A DNA stretch of 64,000 bases from the human T2T-CHM13v2.0 reference genome, Homo sapiens: assembly GCF_009914755.1 (NCBI RefSeq), contig NC_060939.1; one strand, 5' to 3'. The translations under genes and the position numbers were made by a program. Under the pieces are notes generated by a model, which saw nothing but the letters and a program-made list of their open reading frames with translations, did no database searches and was not told where the DNA came from. Within the stretch, counting starts at the first letter, position 1; each line of letters begins with the position of its first letter. Positions 32,530 through 49,376 of the stretch are shown piece after piece.

Positions 32530-34010
32530 ATAAGGAGACATGTCTTGTCTACAACTTATAGAAACTAGTATCATGTTACAGAGGATAGCAAGAAAATAGG
32601 GGTTCGCAATACCTATGTTACCTATCTTTCTCTTCAGTGAGGAGAATGGTGAACAAACTATAGCAAGTGGAACAAGTTGAAGTGGGAGAACACTGAAGTT
32701 CACGGTAGCTCAGCAGTTGATGACTAAGTGCTTGGCCTTCTTAAATGAGTTCAAGTCTCCAGGACCAGAATTATATCTCACCATAATAAGAGAATTTGCC
32801 CTTTTGAGAAATTATGAATAGTAAGGTAGGTGCCAGACTATAGGAAAAAGGTAAATAATGACTAAACTTTTTGAGGATATAAACACTGCGTTCCATAAAT
32901 TGCAGACTAGAAAGCCATATGCTAATTTTCTGTAGAATTTTAAGGAAACACTATAGACATTTGTACATGTTTATACAAGTATGAGGTAAATCTTGGGAGA
33001 CAACATGGACTTTCTAATACAAAATACTAACCTAAGCTTTTTTTTTTCTAACATGATTGGTAAGCTGATAATTGGGGGACTGTTATAGATGTAAAGGACC
33101 GTAACTTCATCGAAACATTTGATTTTCTACCTGTTGAGTTTTATTTCTCATCAGACAAGGACACATGAAAAAAATGAATAAGAAATCAATGTGTTAAGAT
33201 GGTGGTGATGTGACTTCTTTTTCTTGCCATTAAAATTTTTCTCCTGTTTACTGTTGTAATGCTAATTATGTTATATAACTTAAGAAAAAAATTAAGTGTA
33301 TAGACTCAGTACTCATAAGAAAAAAATTAAGTGTATAGACTCAGTACTCATACACAAATAAATATAGGAGTTCATACAACTACATGATTTCTACAGTCTA
33401 GTCAATTACCAAAAATTTGGATTCTGCTTTTTGGGGAACAGAGTGGGAAAACATAACTTTGTTTTGAAAAAAAAGAAATAGGGTTGATCTTGACTTCTCA
33501 TATGAATTAATGAGAAGACGTAATTGTTAAATTTCATTAAAAGAAGAATGTTGTATTTCATGTAGGAGGTAACAGTGTAGACACAGACATGTTCTCTACT
33601 GGTTGGAGGGTATGTGAGGTGCTGTGTTCAAATATAGTTGCTTTAAGAGGGATGCTGACCAAATAAATTATGTCCAAAAGACAGCAACTGAAATGGTGAA
33701 AGGATACAGAAATCCTAACAGAAAAACAGGTGAAGGATTTGGAGTTTTTCTCCTGGATATAAAACTAGAAAACTAATGATTTATTTCAAATACATAAAAG
33801 AGTTGTTGCATGGAAGAGAGATGAATGGTGGTACAGATGATTGGAAACTAGCAGGTGACAGACATTTTGCTCAATATAGAAAAAAACACCATTAAATCAC
33901 GAAGCTGGCTGTGCACTGGCCATCAATAGAAGTATTCAAATAGTGGTGGTATAAGCATTTGTCGGGGTAGGAGAGGCTGGAGAAAAGCTCTTAGGTCTTC
34001 TTCAAAGATT
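32530..34010 (+). mobile_element. Highly decayed CR1/L3-like LINE fragments
   Basis: RT-region-like motifs (agtctccaggaccaga, gtgccagactataggaaaaagg) and a CR1-like 3' end; weak. Confidence 0.4.
33281..33352. repeat. Perfect 35-bp tandem duplication
   Basis: taagaaaaaaattaagtgtatagactcagtactca occurs twice. Confidence 0.95.
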
Positions 34011-35154
34011 TGAGGGATTAAGATTTGATTTTAACTCTTACTTCCGCCTTAAGAAAGTTCTCAATGAAAATGAAAAATAGCATCTGAGAATAGTCTAGAT
34101 TGGTGTTTCCCAAACAAATCTACAAATTCCATGGCTGTTAATAGGCATGCTATATTCAAATAAGGTTGAAAAGCACTGTATATGACATGCTGTATTTGGA
34201 GATTTGATTCACAATGCATACTGGCCTTAACCCAGCTATTTTTCAAATGCTGCTAATGACGCTCAGTCTCACAAAAACCTTAATGTGATGGAAGCCTAAA
34301 TTTCTTTTGGGAAAAAAAACAAACAAACTTAGATTTCTGCTTTCAGGAATTAATCAGCAAAAGAACCTTCCTAAAAAGAATGTAATTAACCACATATTGA
34401 CTCAAAGGGCCTCAGGGTTAGAGGAAACTTAATAATTTGGCCGATTCTCTCATCCAGGGCTCAATCCTCCTTTATATTCTCTTCACTACTGAAACAGTTC
34501 CATGATCTTGAGAGAATAAGAGAACTACTGTGTGCCAGGTGCTGTTCTGGGCACTGTATTTAAAAAAATTGTGTTATTTTAATCTTCACAATCTGTATGA
34601 ATTATTATCCCCTTTCTTTACCTATGTAAAGAAACTAAGTCTCAGTGAACTAATACCAGTGAAAAGTCCAAAGAGCTACTAAGTGCCAGGGCTTCATGTC
34701 TCCTGGGATCTTAAAGGTTGCTTCTCCCAAAGAGAGAAAAATCAGGAATAGGATTTGATATAATGGTTAGCAGTGAATAAAGCCCCAAATAATTTTCTTT
34801 CTCAGAAAGAACCCAGAATTCACAAAAGCCCTTTTGTGTTATGAGTACAAGAATGTTGCCTTATTCTTTGATCATTTTCAGAACAACTTTGGTTACCCAG
34901 ACTGATATGGTTATTTGCTTGAGATAAAATATGGCACAGGTTTGGATGGTAACACATATGAGCAGTTTAAACCTCATTTAGCAGACCTCTCATTACGGAA
35001 AGGATTCTATTTGTTGCAAAAGAAAAGATCTTTAGTAGTCATGTTTTTCCCCTCTCAAGATTTTAATACTTAAGATATCTGGCTTTCAAAGATCTTAGTT
35101 TGTTAGTAAATCAGAAGATGGTACAGCTTCTGCAAAACATACTAAACGAGTTTA

Positions 35155-36520
<1,366 letters not shown>

Positions 36521-37001
36521 TTAAAATCAAAATAGCATCAAAGCTCCTGTGTAGAAATTACTACACAGTGGAGATTCTGTAAAAACATAGGAACATAAAA
36601 ATTATCTTACTATGAAAGATCTGCAATTTACATTATATAACATTCAAAAACTGCTTTCTTTCTGATTGAAAAGACTACTTCTAATGGGAATATACCTCCA
36701 GGGAAATCCTTGCATGTACTGGAATTTCACTTTTTTTTTTTTCATTTTCAAGATATATAAACCACCCATTTAGATAAGAATGTTTTGAGCAGAAAATAAA
36801 TGTTTTAATATATGAAATATGAATGCTTTAAAACAGTATTTGCCCATCTAAGAGTGTGGAGAAGAAAAGCTCAATGATTAAAACTCTAAATAGACATAGA
36901 ATCACAGAACCTCAGGATAGCTAGTCAAATCTTCACAATGTATTTGGCTTTGATAATGAGGCTTATAGCAAGGCTAGCATGATCCATGAGTTTGTCTAGA
37001 G

Positions 37002-37245
37002 CAGCACTTTCCAAAAGAACTTTCTGCAATGGTGGAAATGTTCTATATGTTTATTGTGATTGCTGAGCCCTTGAAATGTGGCTAGTACAGCTGAATAAAT
37101 TTTTAATTTTATTTAAATTTAAATAGACACATATAGCTACTAAGCATTTGAAATGCGGCTAGTATGACTGAGGAACTAAATTTTTAATTGTATTTGATTT
37201 TAAACAGCTGCATGTGGGTAGAAGCTACTCTTCTGGACATCATAG
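37002..37245. mobile_element. MER3-like hAT MITE with an internal duplication
   Basis: ccaaaagaactttctgcaatggtggaaatgttctat; ttgaaatgYggctagt occurs twice. Confidence 0.75.
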
Positions 37246-38529
37246 GTCTTGAGCCCCAGTCTGCCACCAAGTTCAGAAAGCCCCTTTTCCCACATAATAT
37301 CAAATTTGATATTGTTGTATATTGTATATTTACAATCTTTTTGTATATTCACAGGATATACAACAAGATGGACCCGACATTGTATGTTTTTAAAACTACT
37401 TTGATATTCAAACCTGACAAAGACAGTATATATACACAAAACTGCAGTTCAATCTTACCTAAGAATTCAGATATAAAATCTAAGATAAAATAACAAAAAC
37501 TATGGATATGCAGGTGTGTGCATTAAAAAAAAACTTATTATGTATGAGGCACTGTGTTAAGTGTTTTACATGTAGTATTTCTTTAGTAGGCACTAGTACT
37601 ATCTAATTTTGTAGAAGAGAAAACCAGATAAGAAAGATTAAGTAATTTCTCCAAATAGTCTGTAAGTGAAGAAGCTAGGATTCAAATTTAGGTCTGACTT
37701 CAGAATTCACACTCTCAGTCATTATGCTATACTGAAAAATGAAGTTACTCAGTACATTAAAGGAATAATTTACTACAACACTACGAAGTTTGTATTATAG
37801 GTTATATGAAAATTAATTTGTATTAGATCTGTTAATACCACATTAAAAATATCAAATAATCTATGTAGCCACTTTTAAATATGCTAAATTGGCATTCAAT
37901 AAGATTCAATACCTATTCTTGATTTTAAGAAAAAAGCCACTTAAAAATCTTAGGAATAGGAAAATATTTCTAAAATTATCATTACATAGAGAAAAATATG
38001 CTCATATACTTAGAACACTCAAGAAAACCAACGGCAAAGCTTCTGAAACTACGAGAGAGAACACATCTACAACACTGCCCTCTTATTCCTGTAACATAGT
38101 CAAAAGAGCTATGAGCCACTTTAGTCCTTCTAATTCCTGAGGCTCCCAAGAAGTCTCCTGTAGTAATCATTTATATGATTAATTAAAACCACTCCAAGCT
38201 GTGGAAGGAAGTGTGTGATGGTTGCCACACTCACAAAGCACCTCAGGACCAAAGGTTCTTTAAGTCCTAGCAATGCAGAGCCTGTGATGACACTAAAAAA
38301 AGTGCGGTAGGCTCAGGCTACATCATGGCAATTTCCTGTGGCTTCCTGCTCTGATTATTACTACCTTGAGATCTGGATGCTAAGAATTCTGACAGTTTCT
38401 CTGGCCTGGAGACAATATAGTCTCCTTGTCTCCCATTCCTGGACATAATCCATTCCTGAAGATGTGTGTAGAAGTTGAAAAAGATTATATACTACCAAAA
38501 GGTAGGCTCTGTCCTATGAGAACTAAACA

Positions 38530-40310
38530 AATTCTATAACATTATACACATTCTTAATGTAAGCATAATTGTGAAATGTAATAGTCATATAGAACAGTGC
38601 ACAAAACAAAAATCTACTGATCTATGATAACTTACCTCAAAGTGAACACCCATGTAAACTACATGGTATAGTCAAGAAACAGAACAGTCTTAGCCCTCAG
38701 AGGGCCCCAATGCCATTAAGTATGAAGGTAACTGCTATCCTGATTTTTATTGTAATAGCCTCCATTTTTTTTAAATCACCTAACCATGTAACCCCTTATA
38801 CTCCACAGTTCAGTTTGGACTGCACTTCTTTTTGTTCTTTTTTAAAAACAGGGTCTTGCTCTGTCACCCAGCCTGAAGTGCAGTGGTGTGATTACAGTTC
38901 ACTGCAGCCTCGAGCTCCTGGGCTCAAGCAACCCTCTTGCCTCAGCTTCCTGAGTATCTGGTATTACAGGCATGCACCACCTGCCCGACTAATTTATTTT
39001 TATTTTTTTAGAGATGAGGTCTTGCTATGTTACCCAACCTGGTGCACTATGTTTTGAACTTCATATAAATACAAACAAACACTTTTTGGGGGAAGTGAAG
39101 TGGCTTCTTCTGTTCAACATTATATTGTGAGATTCACCTATGTTTTATATAGCTGTAGTTTTGTTCACTGAGATCATTCTACAGAATTCCATTGTATGAA
39201 TACGCCATTATTTATTTATTTATTTATCCATTTAAATGTTTGAGTTGTTTCCAACTTTTGGCTACTAAAATTTTGTTGCCATGAGGCCAGGTATGGTGGC
39301 TCACGTCTGTAATCCCAGCACTTTGGGAGGCCGAGGAGGTTGGATCACTTGAGGTCAAGAGTTTGAGAACAGCCTGGCCAAGATGGTGAAACACCATCTC
39401 TACTAAAAATATAAAAGTTAGCTGGGCGTGGTGGCGTGCACCTGTAGTCCCAGCTACTCAGGAGGCCGAGGCAGGAGAATTGCCTGAGCCCAGGAAGCGG
39501 AGGTTGTAGTAAGCTGAGAGTGGACCACTGCATTCCAGCCTGAGCAATGGGAGTGCCTTTTCTCAAAAAAATAAAAATAAATAAATAAATAAACTGTTGC
39601 TATGCGTATTCTTGATGCACATTTGCCTAGCTTTGTGTTGTGTATATACAGGTACAAATGGGAGTAGATTTGCCAAGCCACAGGAAGTGCCTATCTCCCA
39701 TCTTAGCAGATCATACCAAATCATATTCCAAAATAGTTGTACCAATTGATATCCCCACTAGTTGTGTGGGTGAATTCTTGTTGTTCCACATCTTTGCCAC
39801 CACTTGATAATATCACTTAAAAATATTTAACCACTCTAGTGGGTATGCAGAAGTATCTCACTTTGATTTTAATTTGCATTCCATCAATTAGTAATAAGTT
39901 GAATAGTCTTTCATGTTTATTGGCCTTTGGAAGCCTCTTTTATGAAGTACCTCTTCAAGTCTTTGTACAGTTTTTCTATTGGATTGCTGCTCTTCTCATT
40001 TATTTGTAGGAATTCCTTCCATATTGGGGATATAAGTCTGTTGTCTGTTACAAGTGGTATAAAGGTCTTCTCTAACCCTGCGGTCAGCCTCCTTATTATC
40101 TTAATAGTGTCTTTTGATGATCAAGGTTTTCCTTTGTCATTAGTGCTCTTAACATGCTATTAAGAAGCTTTTTGCCACCCTGAGGTCTTGAAGATATTCT
40201 CTTATACTATCTTCTAAACACTTCATGGTTTTGCCTTTTACATTTTAACCAACAACTCACCTGAAATAAATTTCTGAATACATCATGAGGTAGCGGTCTA
40301 GTTTCTGGAA
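38530..40310 (-). mobile_element. Old L1 (L1M/ME) 3' region with Alus at 38828-39042 (-) and 39285-39593 (+)
   Basis: L1 motifs ttgtgagattcacc, ttccaaaatagttgtaccaatt, ttttaatttgcatt. Confidence 0.7.
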
Positions 40311-40362
40311 TCTGGTAGAAGCTTCTACAAAATCCCACATAAATGCAGCAGCAGTTATTCTA

Positions 40363-40647
40363 TTTTTTTTGAGACAGAGTCTTGCTCTGTTGCCAGGCTA
40401 CAGTGCAGTGGTGTGATCTCAGCTCACCACAGTCTCTGCCTCCTGGGTCAAGCAATTCTCCTGCCTCAGCCTCCTGAGTAGCTGGATTACAGGTGCACGC
40501 CACCACATCCAGCTAATTTTTGTATTTTTAGTAGAGAGGGAGTTTCACCATGTTGGCCAGGATGGTCTCGATCTCCTGACCTCGTGATCTGCCCGCCCTG
40601 GCCTCCCAAAGTGCTGGGATTAGAGGCGTGAGCCACCGTGCCTGGCC
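40363..40647 (-). mobile_element. Alu (AluSc-like)
   Basis: TSD agcagcagttattct. Confidence 0.92.
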
Positions 40648-41672
40648 AGCAGCAGTTATTCTTATTCTATTATTAGTACCAGGTGTTGTTGTATAGTTAC
40701 TACTACCACCGATTTTACTGTGGTATAAAGATTAAGTGAGATAAATAGTGCTTAACACAGTGACTGTTATTTAATATATGACTATATCAATCATTTATAA
40801 TTATTATTTTTGTTATGATTATGATTATAGTCCCAGAAATTTTAAAAACAAAAAGAAGGAAGGCCATTACAGGGCAGTTTATAATTTTTTCTACTAGTAA
40901 GCACAGAAATGTATATTAACCATGAATATCTTTCATTTGTCTTCAAGATTGGTGAAATTTTTAGAAAATGATAAACTATGCAAAGTTGGCAAAAGTTTGA
41001 GAAGAGGCAAGTTCAAATATTTATTGCTAGTTATAATGTAAATTAGAACAGTCTTTCTTGAGGAAAATATGGATCATAATCCTTAAAAATATGCATACTT
41101 TTTGAGCTAGCTATAATACTTCCAGAAGTTTATCTTAACCAAATAATCAGAACTGTGTATATAGATATTTGTGTATATTTGAATATGCATAGAACAGTGC
41201 AGATTTATGAATCTGAATGTAATGGTGGTTATTTCTGCATGATAACTGAATGATTCTTTTTCTTCTTCTGCATTTTCCTAATTTCTGCAATAAACATACA
41301 TTATCTTTGGAACAAAGAAGAAAAATGCCCGTTATAAAAATTTGGGATGCCCATTTTATAATACATATCATCTTTATAGAAAAACATAAAGATTTCCAGA
41401 AGGTTTACATTGTAAAGACCACATCAATAAGAGAAGAAGTCTATCCTAATTACATAGCCAACATTTACAAAATAATATCTTGTTTTGTTGTCCTGGTATT
41501 TTGTGTGTTTTGTGTACATGCTTAAAGTAAAATACATACACAGAAAAACATTTTATGACTTAAGCTAAAAATGCAAAATTATTCAAGTGTAGGCAGTGAA
41601 TGCCATTTTTCAGTTATTAAAAAATAAGTCTACAATCGAATAACTGTTCATGTCTGAATTGAGGGCATTTCA

Positions 41673-41993
<321 letters not shown>

Positions 41994-42859
41994 CTATGGC
42001 TACTGAAGGGAAAATTACATTGAAATAAACTCTTAAAACAACAATTTATTTTTCTTCCAGATAGTGTAGTGATGTGAAGAAAACTACCTTCTAGTAATTT
42101 TTTTGTACAGATAGCAAACATGACACATCCGCAAGCTTACCATCAAGACTCCCAAAGCTGATCTATATTACTTCTTCAAATACTCTGCAGATACAAGCTA
42201 CCATCTTTTTACTTGTGAATTCACCTAAATCTTATAACGAATGTATACATTATATACCTAGAAATGAAACAGAGCATTTCCTCAAACATCGCCTATAAAA
42301 TCAACAAATAAGCAAAAGAAACATTTAATATGATATTCAAGAAACTGTACCAGAGCCTCATATTAAAAATAATTATTTGTGAAACTGCTTGCTAGAACTT
42401 GGGTTTTAGAATACCCTAACTAGCTACTTTATCTGGTGAGCTAAAGGCATCTTCTGCATTGTGTTCTGCATGTATTTTTCATATATAATTGCTTTTTCCT
42501 GGGAGTTGAGAGTAGGGATAGGGACTGTGACCTACATCTTGGGTTTAGCTGCTTTTTCACCCCCTTTCCACATACTCAACTGCTACTGCTCCCTCAAGGC
42601 AGGTCCAAGGAAGTCTCTTGCAGCTGCCTTAGCAGAAACCTTGGTCTTAAAGACGTTTTTATGCAGTCTTGTTTCAATTCTACATTTGAAGAAAAGACTT
42701 AGCAATTCCTCAATGCTTGGTTTTCAGCATGTCAAACAAACAAAATCACAGGAACTTTCTGCAATGCAATGATTTTCAACATGCCTTATAAAAGTCGATT
42801 AACTGGGAGCAGGAATATTAGAACTTCTATACCTATTTATTTTTGAAATAAAGTTCTAA

Positions 42860-43070
42860 TAATAACTAACATTTCATAGCACTAACAATGTGCCAGACAA
42901 GCACTTTACATATATGAGCTCATTAACGATGAGGCGGTATGATGATTGTTCTCATTTTATAGATGAGGAAACAGGTATAGAGAAACTAATAAACTTGTGT
43001 TCAAGGTCCCAGACTAACTAAGTGGCAGAACCTGGTTTAGAAGCTGGGCAGCCAGCCAGAGAGCCCATGC
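42860..43070 (-). mobile_element. MIR
   Basis: cattttatagatgaggaaacagg...caaggtcccag...aagtggcagaac. Confidence 0.7.
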
Positions 43071-43559
43071 TCTGCGGATGGATGTCAGCACACTTGTAGG
43101 TCAGGTGATCAAAAGCCACATATGGAATGCAAAGAATCCCAAGGGAAGACGGAAAGTGGGATTTCACTGTGTCCAGGGTTGACAGAGGCACCTTCATTTG
43201 TTCCTTTTTGGCATACTGTAATTTTTTTTTTGGTCTAATTAAGTGGATTTTCAGATATTATCTAGTGTTAACTAAGCCTTCATAGAATTTTAAACCTGGC
43301 TTAAAAGGATTCCTGCAAAGATATCACTGATAATACTATAATACTAATAACATAAGCACATGGGAATAATAAAAAAAGAAATGGCAAAGCTTTTTGTCAG
43401 CTCTCCATCAAACAAATTATAAAGTAAAAACAATGGTTATCACCAAGATGAGATCCCAACAAATATTTCTGAAAAAATATATACACACTTAAATCTGTCT
43501 CTTCAAGGTAAAATAAAGGTAACAGTTTAACAATAAGTTTTTTTTTTTTTTTCAAAAGA

Positions 43560-44056
43560 AATTTGAAACATGGAGACAACATTTTGAAATTAGGTGTTTG
43601 AAAATGTTGCCGCTGACAGCTATTTGGTTGCCAAAGATAACATAAATACTTCATGTATAATGTATAAAAACCTCTTACAATTTGGAAGGTGATTTTCTTA
43701 ACCTGTTCTTAAAATCACCAAATGGATAGTTCAATAAAGATATAAGAATTAACAAACCTTCTAATTAGTGTAAGAAAAATGGACTGCCATCAGGAAAACT
43801 AGATGTTCACTATATACATTTTACCAAAACCTTTTAATAATTGGGAAAATGGAATACTAAAATGGATAACGTGACTTAGTAAAGGAAGCCAACGAATCAT
43901 TCTTCCCTTTGGACTATGCAATTTTGTGAGGTGCCTTTTCCAGTGATAATGGTCATTAAAATCAAGTGTTTTAACAAATGGAACCTAGAAGCCGACCTTG
44001 GAATGGCTATATCACAAAGTGTTCAGGCAAGACCTTCAAAAAGAAGGAAGCATTAT
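43560..44056 (+). mobile_element. Charlie (hAT) transposase 3' remnant
   Basis: ORF 43916 FCEVPFPVIMVIKIKCFNKWNLEADLGMAISQ resembles the hAT dimerisation motif CE..FS....IK.K.RN.L.LE.DL..A.S. Confidence 0.6.
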
Positions 44057-44518
44057 TGTGGTAGCCAGCCTCCAAGATGGCTCCAATCATCCTTGCCTCC
44101 TGATATTCACATTCCTGTGCAGCTCTCTCCAACAGTGAGTCATGGCTGGCCTGTGTGACCAACAGAACACTGTGGAAAGGATGATGTGTGATTCACAAGG
44201 CTAGTTCACAAAAGGCATTATAGCTTCTGCCTTAGTGTTTTGGAATGCTGGCTGCAGCCAATCACCATGCAGGACACTCAAACAGTCATGTAGAGAGGAA
44301 CTGAGATTCCCCAGCCAGCACCAACTTGTGAGCCCATGTTTGGAAGTACAGTTAAACCTTCAGATGGCTACCGCCCAAGGTGATGTATGACTACCACTAC
44401 TTGAGAGACACGATGCTGAACGCTTCCAAATTCCAGACCAAGGGAACTATGAAAAATAAGTGTTGTTTCAAGCCACTAAATTTTGAAGCAATATGTTACA
44501 TAGTATTAGGTAACTAAA
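44057..44518 (+). mobile_element. MLT1F-like solo LTR
   Basis: Starts tgtggtagccagcctccaagatggc; ends aagccactaaattttg...tgttacatagtattaggtaactaa. Confidence 0.8.
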
Positions 44519-44829
44519 ATAATTATAAGCCACAATCACAAATCAATATTATCTATAATTATATGTACATACTGTATGTATCTTCATCAAATACAAATAA
44601 AATTAGGTATTTGATTTTCATCTTAATTTTTAAATAACTTCTATTTTGTGCTTCATAATGTATATAAAACAGCACAAAAATTCATATATCTATATAAGCA
44701 TAGGTATCAAAAATTTTTTTTAACTAATATGGATAAAGGATAAAACAATTCTAGAAACAAATTACTCTGCTCAGATAAACAGGATTTCTTGGATTCCCAC
44801 AAGTGAAGATCCAGCATTGTCTCTGAGGC

Positions 44830-45025
44830 AGTGATCTGAATTCTGACCTCACTGCTTCCTAACTGTATGGCCTTGGGCAAATTAATTAACTTCTCTAAGC
44901 TTCAGTTTCCCTCATGTGAAGATGAGAATAAAAAGAGTATCCTAATAAACAGGGCTTTTGGGAGGATTAAATGAGATAATCAATGTAAAATCCTTAGTAC
45001 AGTGTGTGGCATACAGCAAGGTTCA
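44830..45025 (+). mobile_element. MIR
   Basis: ccttgggcaaattaattaacttctctaagcttcagtttccctcat...ggattaaatgagataat. Confidence 0.8.
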
Positions 45026-46061
45026 ATTATAATGAAGAAAATAATAATTGCTTTGGAACATTTGTAGTTCTCTGTGTTGAGTTTGTAGTTGACCTGTGGG
45101 CATGAAGTAAAGGGTGGCTGCCATGAGATTTTGACCCCCACTTGGGAAATTAGAGAAAGAAAAGTGGAAGAACAAATGCTCACGATTTGCTTCTCCCTGA
45201 AAGAAAAGAAGCAAACTGTTGTCTTCTGGATTAATCTAGTTGTCACAATAAAAAAAAAAAGAGAGGACATGGGGATACGTGGTCTATTCAAGAAAAACAA
45301 TGAATGTGTCCAGTGCCTCTCAGAGGCAGTATTACTGCAAAGTCTTTTAAGAGAGTGAAATATCCCAATAGTCGTCAGACATGTAATCTACGAATAAGGG
45401 GGTCACTGCCCCAAAATAAGGATGAGCATAAGTTACTAGGGCAAAGAGTAAACAGAAAATAAATATCCTCTGAAAGCTCACAGGAACAAGGAAGGGAAGT
45501 TTCCCCAGACATTCTGAATGTAAAATAACATGTGGACAATGTAAAAACACCAAGAAGGCAAAACAAAGAGTACAAAATTCAGACACTGAAAAATCAAATG
45601 GGGTGCTTCAGTAACACAGTCAATAAATGCAAGGTAAATCCAGTAAAAACAATATACTTAAAGGGAAGAAAATAGCAATACTCCTTTTAAAATTATGAAG
45701 AAAATTATGTGCCCCTTCTAACCATTTTAGTTTACTTTTTACAAAGTTCAGATAAATTTAATGTAAACACATGAGGAAGTACACTTTGGCCTACAAATTG
45801 ATAATCCTGAATAATTCCATTTATTAGACTATCTCATTTATGGAAAGGAAAGGAACTTAATCTTACTATGAATCAGCTATAGTACAGGAAATACACTAGG
45901 TACTAGAATCCTTCATCTCATGTAGCCAGTCCTTCAAAGAAGCTGGTTCTTTAGGGTTGGGCTTTTACTTAGCTTCCATAACAGAGACCACAGACTAGCA
46001 CATAACCATAACAGAGCCTTTTAAAAATTATAAATTTCTATTATTAAAATATCACATCTTA

Positions 46062-46363
<302 letters not shown>

Positions 46364-47325
46364 AAGTAAAATTATGGCTTAAATTATTTTTTCCTATTTT
46401 TAAAATGTATGTGCAAATGCAATAAACTAAGTAAGAAAGAGGATACAAATAAATAGTAGAAACATCTACGAATAAGCTATGGTTGCCAGACTCAAATATC
46501 ACAACTTAAATAAAACTGAGCTTTCTTGTATGTATTTCTTAGGATTGAACACGGTAGACAGGGGTTAGAGCCAGCCTAGTGAGTAGAATAAAAGAACAAA
46601 ATCACGAAAGGCCAGGATCTGAACAAGCCTAAAAGAGGAAGCATGTTTTACACAGAATGGGATAAATCCGTGTAGCAACCAAGGCACTGTGTCAGTCCAC
46701 AGTGACAGCCCACAAAAAATTCCTATCTCGAGGCTGAAGGCAGATGGCTATTTACTAGGGCTGGCCCCAAAGGTCAGAGGTCCAGTCCTCCAAGTATCTG
46801 CTCTGGGGATCCAGGGATCCTTAATGGCTAGGGGTATGTCTTAGAACTTGAGACAGCAATGAGTTCAGAAGGCTTAGCTCCAGGGAGAGGAGGGATACAT
46901 ATGTTCAGGAGCAATGAGGCCATTGTACACCTCAACAGAAAACTACCATTTTACCATTTGTCCTTTGGTTTCCCTAAGGCATGGTCTGGAGATTCTTCAC
47001 TGACAATCACTAGCACTGGAATAGCAAAGTCACAGTGATTCAGGATTAGCAATAGTCATGGGACGTGAAATACAAAAGTAAAAAAGGATTGACTAGGCAA
47101 ATACCATAAGCCAAAGACTAAGGAGTTGTTATTATATGGTCAGGTGTATGTGAATGTCAGGTGGCCAGCAGGAAAGGTGCAGAAAGTGGTTTCTAAACAG
47201 ACGGGAAATTCTCAGTGTGCAGATAATCTGTCAAACCTAGAGGGAAGAGGCAAATGATGAATTCTGAACTAAGGAGCTTGAGATAAGATTCCAACTAAGA
47301 AGAAGTCACATAAAACATGAAATTT

Positions 47326-47628
47326 GGCCGGGCACTTTAGCTCACGCCTGTAATCCTAGCAGTTTGGGAGCCCGAGGCAGGCAGATGACCTGCGGTCAGG
47401 AGTTCAAGACCAGCCTGGCCAACTGGCGAAACCCCGTATCTACTAAAAATACAAAAATTAGCCAGGTGTGGTGGTGGATGCCTGCAATCCCAGCTATTCA
47501 GGAGGCTGAGGCAGGAGAATCGCTTGAACCCAGGCAGCAGAGGTTGAGTCAAGATCACGCCAGTGTACTCTAGCCTGCGCAACAGAGTGAGACTCCGCCT
47601 CAAAAAAATAAATAAATAGATAAATAAA
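47326..47628 (+). mobile_element. Alu (AluS)
   Basis: Full dimer with (TAAA)n tail. Confidence 0.92.
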
Positions 47629-47918
47629 CATAAGCTTTGCTAAGCTACAATCCTATGCCAGGGTTGTGGGGGATGTAGAGATGACCTTGTCTTTGCCATC
47701 AAGAAGATGCAGTCTCCCTGGACAGCAAAGGTACCTGTAACCATGGCATGTTCCTAAGACAGAAGTTAGATGCCCTTTGAAGAGTTGCTTCTACTATAGA
47801 CCTCAATGAAAATTCATTATATACTGCTGAAACAAGTCATGAGGAATCAAATACTAAATACATGCATATGCTTTAAAAGTATAATAAACATATGCTTTTA
47901 AAAATAAGGTCATCTTAC

Positions 47919-48050
47919 TTGGATGTTTTGGTTCAACAGCAACTCTCACAATAGGAGTGGCTTCGAAGTTGAGTGGTATAAATGGTGGGCAGGATGGCAG
48001 GCTACACAGTGTTGCAGATTTCAGCACAAAATCTTGAAGGCCTCCTATTC
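47919..48050 (-). CDS. EFL1: EFL1 coding exon (exon 16; 132 bp, phase 1-1; ~G584-S628)
   Basis: Acceptor cttcctacAG, donor GTAAGA. Translates (G)[43 protein letters not shown](S), matching the EF-2 family '[10 protein letters not shown]' motif. Not in the ORF track; read by hand. Confidence 0.96.
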
Positions 48051-48681
48051 CTGTAGGAAGAAAAGATCCATACGGTCAATAAGGGATGATAAATTCTGAA
48101 TTTATGTCAGAAAAACAGCAGCATCAACCCAGTATATGTATCACAGAGCCAAATGCTTCCAAAATGTTGCAAGAAATGAGGCGGACCTGCACTGTTTTTT
48201 TTTTTGTACACCTGGATACCATTTGATTGCTGTCAAAATACAGAAATTCTGCCTTTTGTTTCCCACATGTACAAATCCTATTATATCAGATTGGGCTAAT
48301 GCATAGCTACTTTGACCACAGAAATGATCACTTCCAGATATATTTGTCTGAAAACACTGATTATTTCTAACACTTAGTTGGTTTTTAAAAATATATTAAT
48401 TTGATGAAGATGGGTCTCTACTGAAATAATCTTCTGCCAAATCCATCTGCATATGAGTAAAGGGAATTTAGAAACTTAAAATGTGATGTTGCTATGTAGT
48501 ATGTTACCCTAAGCTACCCTCCATACTCCCCCTGTTTTAGAAGAGAATCCTAGTCAACCCCTTCCCCCTGCCATACACTCACTTCAGACTTTTGGCTGAT
48601 GATTGCATGAGACTCTGAAGGTTGCATATTTGTCTTTGAGCAGATGGAAGCAAAAAGAATGTCTTAGAAAGAGTGATAAGG

Positions 48682-49376
<695 letters not shown>

